The notes below the pieces were generated by a model. The model saw only the letters and a program-made list of their open reading frames with translations, searched no databases and had not been told where the DNA came from. A program made the position numbers and the translations under genes. This document shows positions 45,601-49,616 of a stretch of DNA of 49,616 nucleotides, piece after piece. Each line of letters opens with the position of its first letter. Position 1 is the stretch's first letter. The DNA comes from an uncultured Planctomycetaceae bacterium (GTDB lineage Bacteria; Planctomycetota; Phycisphaerae; SM23-33): assembly GCA_964616985.1 (NCBI GenBank), contig CAZTVF010000027.1:1-49616 (forward strand), given 5' to 3'.

Positions 45601-47396
45601 TTGGGGTTGTTCAACATGCCATGGGGGCTGTCGTACTGGTAGGCCCAGGCGGGCTGGCCGGTGTCGGCCTCGAAGGCGGCGACCACGCCGGCATTGGTTG
45701 CGACATAAACGCGGCCGTCGGCCACGGCCGGAGGGCTGCCCCGGTGGGGCGCCGGGTCGTAACCGTAATTCGGCGTCGGGGGCGGCGTCTGGCAGACCAT
45801 CGCCTGCCACTGCAGCGAGCCGTTGGCGGCGTCGAGGCACAAGAGCTGATAGTTGCCCGCGTAGGCCACGACGGTGTACAGGCGGCCCGCGTCGTAGGTC
45901 GGGGCACACATGTAGCGGCAGCCGCGGACGATCTCGTCCTTGCCCACGCCCTGTCCCAGGCGCCACACCTGCTTGAGCTGGCCCTTGAGCGACAACGCCA
46001 CCAGGTCCGAGGTGTCGCCCGCGTCGTTCCCGTCGCGGCGGCCGCCGTAGTTCTGCGTCGAGGCGCGGTAATTCGCCAGGGCGAATACCTTGCCCTCGGC
46101 CAGCGTCAACGTATAGCGGCCGGTGTCTACAGGCGCTTGCATGTTGCCGTAGTAGCCGCCGTAGCGCTCGGAGCTCTTGTTCTCCCGCTCCAGCGGAAGG
46201 TTCACGGTGATCCACCGCTGCTCGCCGGTGACCAGGTCGCAGGCGACGACCGCGTCGTCGCGACGATAGATCACCACGTCGCCGTAGACGACCGGCTGCA
46301 CCAGCGGCGCCATCGTGAAGCCCGACTGCGAACTGCCGTTGCCGCTGAAGCCCACCGAGACGTGGCCGTTCTTGAGGTTGATCGCGACGCGCTGGTTGGG
46401 GTTATTGCTCGCCTTGAAGGTCTGCCCCATCGCCACCAGCGAGAGCTTGCCCACCTCGACGGGCGGGTTCTGCCAACGCGGCGAGAGCACCACGTTGCTC
46501 TCGCCCATCAGGCCCTGGCCCATCTTCTGGGCGCCCAGGCCGCCCCACTCGTCGGCCGACGCCACCGGCGGCGCCGTCACCGGCGGCATCTTCGCCACCT
46601 CGGCGAGGAAGTCGCTGATCTTCTGCAAACGCCCGGCGATCTTCGCCTCGGCGGCGGCGTGCTTTTCCGACAACTCCTTGGCCACCTCGGCCGCCTTGGC
46701 GGCCTGGCCGCTGAGATGATAGGCGGCGTAGAGCTTGGCCAGCAGCACCGGCCGCTCCAGGCTGCTGTTGCGACGGTCCAGCGCCAGGCGCCAGAAGCGC
46801 GACGCCTGTTCCACCTTGCCCGCGTCGAACAGGATACTGCCGATGATGTTCAGCGTCTTGCCGCCGTAACTGCTGTTGGCGTACCGCATGGCGACTTGCC
46901 GCAGGAGCCCCAGGTCGGAATTGGCCACGCCCTGGTTGTACAACTGCTCCGCCTGCGGATCGTACATCTGGCGGTACAGGGCCAGGCCGTCCTCGGGCAT
47001 CGAGCCGATGATCTCGTTGGCCTTGGCCACGAAAGAGACGTACCGCTTGCCGTCGTCGGCGATCAGCTTGCCCTCGGACTTCTCGGCCAGGGCCTGGAGG
47101 TACTCGATCGCCTTGAGGTATTCCTTCTGCTGGATGAAGTCCTGCGCCTTCTTGACCAGCGCCGCCCGCTCTTCATCGACGTTCACCAGGGGGATGGGCT
47201 TGCTGGTATCGGGCTTCTTGGGCGTGCTGACGCGGACCTGCCCGAGGCACAAGCCCCCTGCCGTCAATAGAACGGCGGCAACGATGGACGCAATGCGAAT
47301 TCTGCCGGTAGTCAATAGCCTACCCCCGCCCAAGGCTGCGGCCTTGGAGCTTGGTGTGAGGACAGGGTCGTTTATCTTCGCCTTCTTTACTGCCAA
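42663..47396 (-). CDS. Giant (1577 aa) membrane-anchored multi-beta-propeller protein with PQQ/BamB-like repeats and a central TPR-like alpha-solenoid; first gene of the supra-operon
   Basis: An N-terminal TM IASIVAAVLLTAGGLCLG is present. Recurrent propeller motifs appear (DLVTGEQRW, AANGSLQWQA, ADTGQPAWAY, MATGEVLWNQ). The putative TTG start at 47396 is preceded by GGAAGG. The antisense 1259-aa ORF is compositional junk. Confidence 0.7.
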   Translation of the reverse strand: MAVKKAKINDPVLTPSSKAAALGGGRLLTTGRIRIASIVAAVLLTAGGLCLGQVRVSTPKKPDTSKPIPLVNVDEERAALVKKAQDFIQQKEYLKAIEYLQALAEKSEGKLIADDGKRYVSFVAKANEIIGSMPEDGLALYRQMYDPQAEQLYNQGVANSDLGLLRQVAMRYANSSYGGKTLNIIGSILFDAGKVEQASRFWRLALDRRNSSLERPVLLAKLYAAYHLSGQAAKAAEVAKELSEKHAAAEAKIAGRLQKISDFLAEVAKMPPVTAPPVASADEWGGLGAQKMGQGLMGESNVVLSPRWQNPPVEVGKLSLVAMGQTFKASNNPNQRVAINLKNGHVSVGFSGNGSSQSGFTMAPLVQPVVYGDVVIYRRDDAVVACDLVTGEQRWITVNLPLERENKSSERYGGYYGNMQAPVDTGRYTLTLAEGKVFALANYRASTQNYGGRRDGNDAGDTSDLVALSLKGQLKQVWRLGQGVGKDEIVRGCRYMCAPTYDAGRLYTVVAYAGNYQLLCLDAANGSLQWQAMVCQTPPPTPNYGYDPAPHRGSPPAVADGRVYVATNAGVVAAFEADTGQPAWAYQYDSPHGMLNNPNMGYNPNPGPGYPGNPIIVAGSKVVALPADSQTLLVLSADDGTLLKQMERSGKRDLTAIDTSRVLLSGPSMEIVSLTDMGRKPVGSSETVVGRPAVTPSAILASGSGRLIRVDLTDPNYPSKPLPLVAGDGAAGMLGNLLSVRGQLIAANAGGLCGYLNYADARSRLSERLEAAPAKNKPDLLLSRAQLAFSSRNFSECLADLLAAKEIAAPDGNVKIARIETMLYRTYVALADHGTDPNAMEQNYLLADSVAATPQEKGHMKVRLAKFHRLRADQIAAAIDRDKVADAAEAAKLRQAKITEATLAVQLAQELREQFGSTELADVEIGPGQENALMGPSVEYIVGSRLGENLIRDLLQTHGQQIYAAYDAQAKEALDGARAANDANAMADISRRWPNSLWSDNARLLAGELLYRRSLEEAPEQADRSLSQIVPLLSPLTAETVERALRVNAHVGLAAVYGRNNQRGTMNYHCDAAREAAGMAASEADIQVAFGDLQGSLETVLTKLQGPHEGPVRQARLPAMLRMPLTKIFEMTKDNTCILRDQNYQPLRLGDRILVLSNNHAIMADTQARDAASAVSWQGLSPITSDALRQGGFSGLGTGAIAALSKDQKVLTIASNEGIRGYDLRTAKAKWARTLAEPAVGAQGNCLMGTGDGLLALADGVGRIICIDMATGEVLWNQVQLAVGNPMMTPPQVGGGLVMIRHSSMRQVTLLDVAQKGRIIQTFQGQASSVGCFTPTGVAIVCSDNKVTALDPGQVSKPLWSRTYDNANSAPTILGVSPDYAAFTFNSRRVDICSVTAGKEPLVSLPAPTAGSGGEITPIYAVFDGSSAYIACSSQFADPRQWGTVRPFMGLWVAKVDLERKKYAWVSEVVGNNANLLVTPPVAGQTHVAVAVTTGTGEDMVYVLDVQTGKIASKIAVARKGGADNVAAANALRMGRMGNRQFMMMNGMTAIPLGPPVMTNGRLAIETNEGVVIYGAP

Positions 47397-47534
47397 GGGG
47401 ACCTTCCACGAACAACGGTGCGATTATAAGCGAACGCATCGACGGTACACAACCGGCAGCGCTGTTAGTCGCCGCTGCACGCCGCCGGTTCCGGGCTGGT
47501 TGAGAAATATTTCGAGCCCCAGCCCGATTGCGGA

Positions 47535-47554
47535 CCTGCCTGCCGGCAGGCAGG
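47535..47554. promoter_or_regulatory. Perfect 20-bp palindrome CCTGCCTGCCGGCAGGCAGG about 140 nt upstream of the supra-operon start; candidate operator
   Basis: The same CCTGCC(N)GGCAGG core recurs at 7768-7779 and, degenerate, at 384-398. Confidence 0.35.
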
Positions 47555-47974
47555 TTGCGGATTGAGGAGGCCAGGGGACCACGGACTGGCCAAGAGGATT
47601 GGGCGCGCGACGGCTCCGCGCCATACACAAAGGCGACCAGATCATGGGGCTGACGCTGGCCATCCGAGAAAGCACTACCATTCTGTCTATCGCTAGAGCA
47701 TCATCATGATGCGTTCGTTTGTGGCACAGAGGCAGACAGAGGCAGGACATGGCCTGCAACAAGTCACGCGGAAGACGCAGTTGCCGTCAAATGCGGCTGC
47801 CCCATTTGGAGTGCGGCGGCAACGACGCCGCTATGGATTCAGGCGCCGGTGCGTGCGATAAATCCAAAGCGGTGTCGCGGCCGCTGCGCGGCCTCTGCCA
47901 CCGCACTCCAAAAGGCCGCCGCACGGCATACGTGCATCGGTTCTTTTGCTTCTACAATATAAGGAACCGCCGCC

Positions 47975-48502
47975 GTGCGATGTGCGTCGATCGTCATCTT
48001 CTGTGCTTCGCTGCTGGCCGCCCTGGCGGCGGCACAGGACGCGTCCCGCCCGGCCTCGGCAACCAAGGAGCCAATGACCATGCCCCAGACGCTTGCCGCA
48101 ACCACCCAGCAGGCCCATGCCCTGCGGGCGGGACCGTTGAGAATGAAGCTGCAGGACGGCCAGCTCAGGTACATCTGCCTGGGCAACCGCGAACTGGTGC
48201 GGCGGGTCTACTTCGCCGTCCGCGACAAGGACTTCGACACCCCGCCGGCCGTCTTCTCGCAGATGGACGTGCAGGCGCGGGCCGACTCGTTCACCGTCCA
48301 ATTCGCCGCCACCTGCCACAACGACCATTCCGACTTTGCGTGGAAAGGCAGCATCGAGGGCGACGCCAACGGCCGCATCGTCTTTCGGATCGACGGGGCG
48401 GCGACGCGCGATTTCCGCTCCCCCCGCATCGGCATCACCGCGCTGTACGGCAATGCCGCCGTGGGCGGGTACAAGTTCTTCCGCCAGGCCGCCGGGGCCT
48501 AG
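47975..48502 (+). CDS. Secreted hypothetical protein, N-terminal part (175 aa), terminated by a TAG that is in frame with the next ORF
   Basis: A GTG start is preceded by AAGGAA. A signal peptide MRCASIVIFCASLLAALAAAQDA is present. TACAAT lies 17 nt upstream of the RBS. Confidence 0.5.
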   Translation: MRCASIVIFCASLLAALAAAQDASRPASATKEPMTMPQTLAATTQQAHALRAGPLRMKLQDGQLRYICLGNRELVRRVYFAVRDKDFDTPPAVFSQMDVQARADSFTVQFAATCHNDHSDFAWKGSIEGDANGRIVFRIDGAATRDFRSPRIGITALYGNAAVGGYKFFRQAAGA

Positions 48503-48505
48503 GTC

Positions 48506-49486
48506 GTGAAGGAAGGCCGCAAGCAGACGCTTGGCGAACGGCTGACGATGGCTGAGTTCCCCCGCCTGGCCGCCCCGCCGCTGTGGGACCTGGGCAACTG
48601 GTTCCGCACACTGCGATACCAGGATGACCGCGGCACGATCGTGCAGGCGACGATCAACGGCGGCTACGCCGGCATCGAGGACCAGCGGAACTACGGCGAC
48701 AGCTCGTACAAGCTCTACGGCTACCTGCCGTACGATTATCCCGCCGTCACCGCCGGCACGAAGATGGCCCAGGAGGCGGTGCTGGAGATCATCGACGCCA
48801 ATGCCGCCGCGGCGGCCGGCGAGATCGAGACCGTCACGCAAGTGCTGGTGGAGGGGGTCGTGGGCGACTCGAAGATGCCCGCCCTGCTGCCGCTGGCCCG
48901 CGCGCCGAAACCGCGGGATTTCGTCGCCGTCAACGATGCCGACAAGTACGGCTCGGCCGCCGAGATCGCGTGGCGATTCAACCCCGCCGCCCATCTCAAT
49001 GACGACGACATGCTGATGGAGAACATCCCGGCCGTGCTCGACCAGGTGCTCACGGTCCGCCAGTGGGCGCCCAAGGCGAGGATCACCATCGGGCCCAATT
49101 CATTCCATTGGCACCATCCCGGCCGCCCTGTGGACGCGCGAAACAGCACGCAGTTCGGCGCGGCGTGGTGTGCGGCCCTGTGGAAATACCTGGCCCTGGC
49201 GAGCGTGGACGAGGTGGCGTTTGACGTGGGCCCCGGCCCCGCCGATGCCGTGCAGCAATCGCTGGGGGCCCTGGCCGGCCGGCGGCTGCACCACGTCGCC
49301 ATCCGCGGCCCGCTTCCCCGGCCGGTGGAGGCCTTCGCCGTGGCCGCCCCCGCGGGTGTGGCGCTGTGGCTGGTGAATCTCACCGACGCGCCCCAGCCGG
49401 TCGAGATCCCCTCCATCCCCGCCGGCCTCGCCCCCAAGAGCCTCACGCTCCAGCCGTACGAGGTCAAGACGGTGATGGTGCCTTGA
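48506..49486 (+). CDS. Hypothetical protein, C-terminal part (326 aa); same reading frame as 47975-48502 and separated from it by only TAG+GTC
   Basis: Composition is protein-like (W/Y/N/D/K-rich). It has no convincing RBS of its own. It is followed by a REP element. Confidence 0.5.
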   Translation: MKEGRKQTLGERLTMAEFPRLAAPPLWDLGNWFRTLRYQDDRGTIVQATINGGYAGIEDQRNYGDSSYKLYGYLPYDYPAVTAGTKMAQEAVLEIIDANAAAAAGEIETVTQVLVEGVVGDSKMPALLPLARAPKPRDFVAVNDADKYGSAAEIAWRFNPAAHLNDDDMLMENIPAVLDQVLTVRQWAPKARITIGPNSFHWHHPGRPVDARNSTQFGAAWCAALWKYLALASVDEVAFDVGPGPADAVQQSLGALAGRRLHHVAIRGPLPRPVEAFAVAAPAGVALWLVNLTDAPQPVEIPSIPAGLAPKSLTLQPYEVKTVMVP

Positions 49487-49508
49487 GTTTGTCCGTGGGG
49501 TCATTCAA

Positions 49509-49576
49509 GGGGTGGCGGCCTTCCCAGGCCGCCACCACAGCCGTCTGCAGGTGGCCGCCTCGGAAGGCCGCCACCC
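49509..49576. repeat. REP-like palindromic element (third full copy), immediately 3' of the last gene
   Basis: GGGGTGGCGGCCTTCCCAGGCCGCCACC ... GTGGCCGCCTCGGAAGGCCGCCACCC. Confidence 0.55.
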
Positions 49577-49616
49577 CTCACTTGACGGCAGACAGAGCAC
49601 TGGTCGTCACGAACAA

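Noticed and set aside
43491-47270. 1259-aa + strand ORF antisense to the giant propeller gene
   Set aside because: Same high-GC antisense artefact. The minus-strand frame carries repeated propeller motifs and a TM anchor.
47397-47974. Possible small ORFs or ncRNA in the 580-nt intergenic region upstream of the supra-operon
   Set aside because: Only short frame-limited ORFs without RBS were seen. The region is better explained by promoter/operator sequence (20-bp palindrome, AT-richer tracts) and a disrupted hairpin element. A structured ncRNA cannot be excluded without covariance data.

Overview
This is a high-GC (about 65-70% by eye) bacterial chromosomal segment with no rRNA, tRNA, CRISPR array or transposase detected. 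Its gene content and repeat biology are most compatible with a Planctomycetota/PVC-type polysaccharide degrader; this is inference based on a GxxExxY-family remnant, many CAZymes, giant propeller proteins and frequent GTG/TTG starts. Three blocks are visible.

(1) 1-16.4 kb is a carbohydrate island. It holds a large GH-like protein, a PL8 polysaccharide lyase, a GHL6-like hydrolase, a BNR/sialidase-like protein, and a GH116 beta-glucosidase coupled to a PfkB sugar kinase. All appear to lack signal peptides. An NfeD-flotillin pair and the 2H-phosphoesterase ThpR are interspersed.

(2) 16.5-26.7 kb is housekeeping. It holds a U32 peptidase, a mutY-folE-radical SAM/SPASM gene string, a GT9 heptosyltransferase translationally coupled to a polytopic membrane protein, and queG.

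(3) 26.7-47.4 kb is a single roughly 20.6 kb minus-strand supra-operon of about 11 genes built around a MoxR AAA+ ATPase, a DUF58 protein and two membrane-anchored vWA/MIDAS proteins (Bat-like). It is led by a 1577-aa multi-beta-propeller/TPR giant protein and a secreted terpene-cyclase-fold (QW-motif) alpha/alpha-toroid protein. It is trailed by four secreted or membrane low-complexity proteins: a 742-aa membrane protein, a 786-aa coiled-coil protein with a Gly15 run, a 420-aa K/E/Q-rich protein, and an NPCBM-like protein. Inside this operon sits a decayed GxxExxY (TIGR04256-type) pseudogene, a purine-rich (GAA)n microsatellite island, and an 8-nt periodic TTAACTCG array across the DUF58 start. 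This extended MoxR-vWA assembly, of unknown function, is the best candidate for an undescribed system.

The window also carries several families of intergenic palindromic (REP-like) repeats, a MutY whose C-terminal domain has a fully intact MutT-type Nudix box, and a terminal secreted-protein gene interrupted by a single in-frame TAG. All functional calls are made from motifs recognisable by eye in the six-frame translations; no database search was run.
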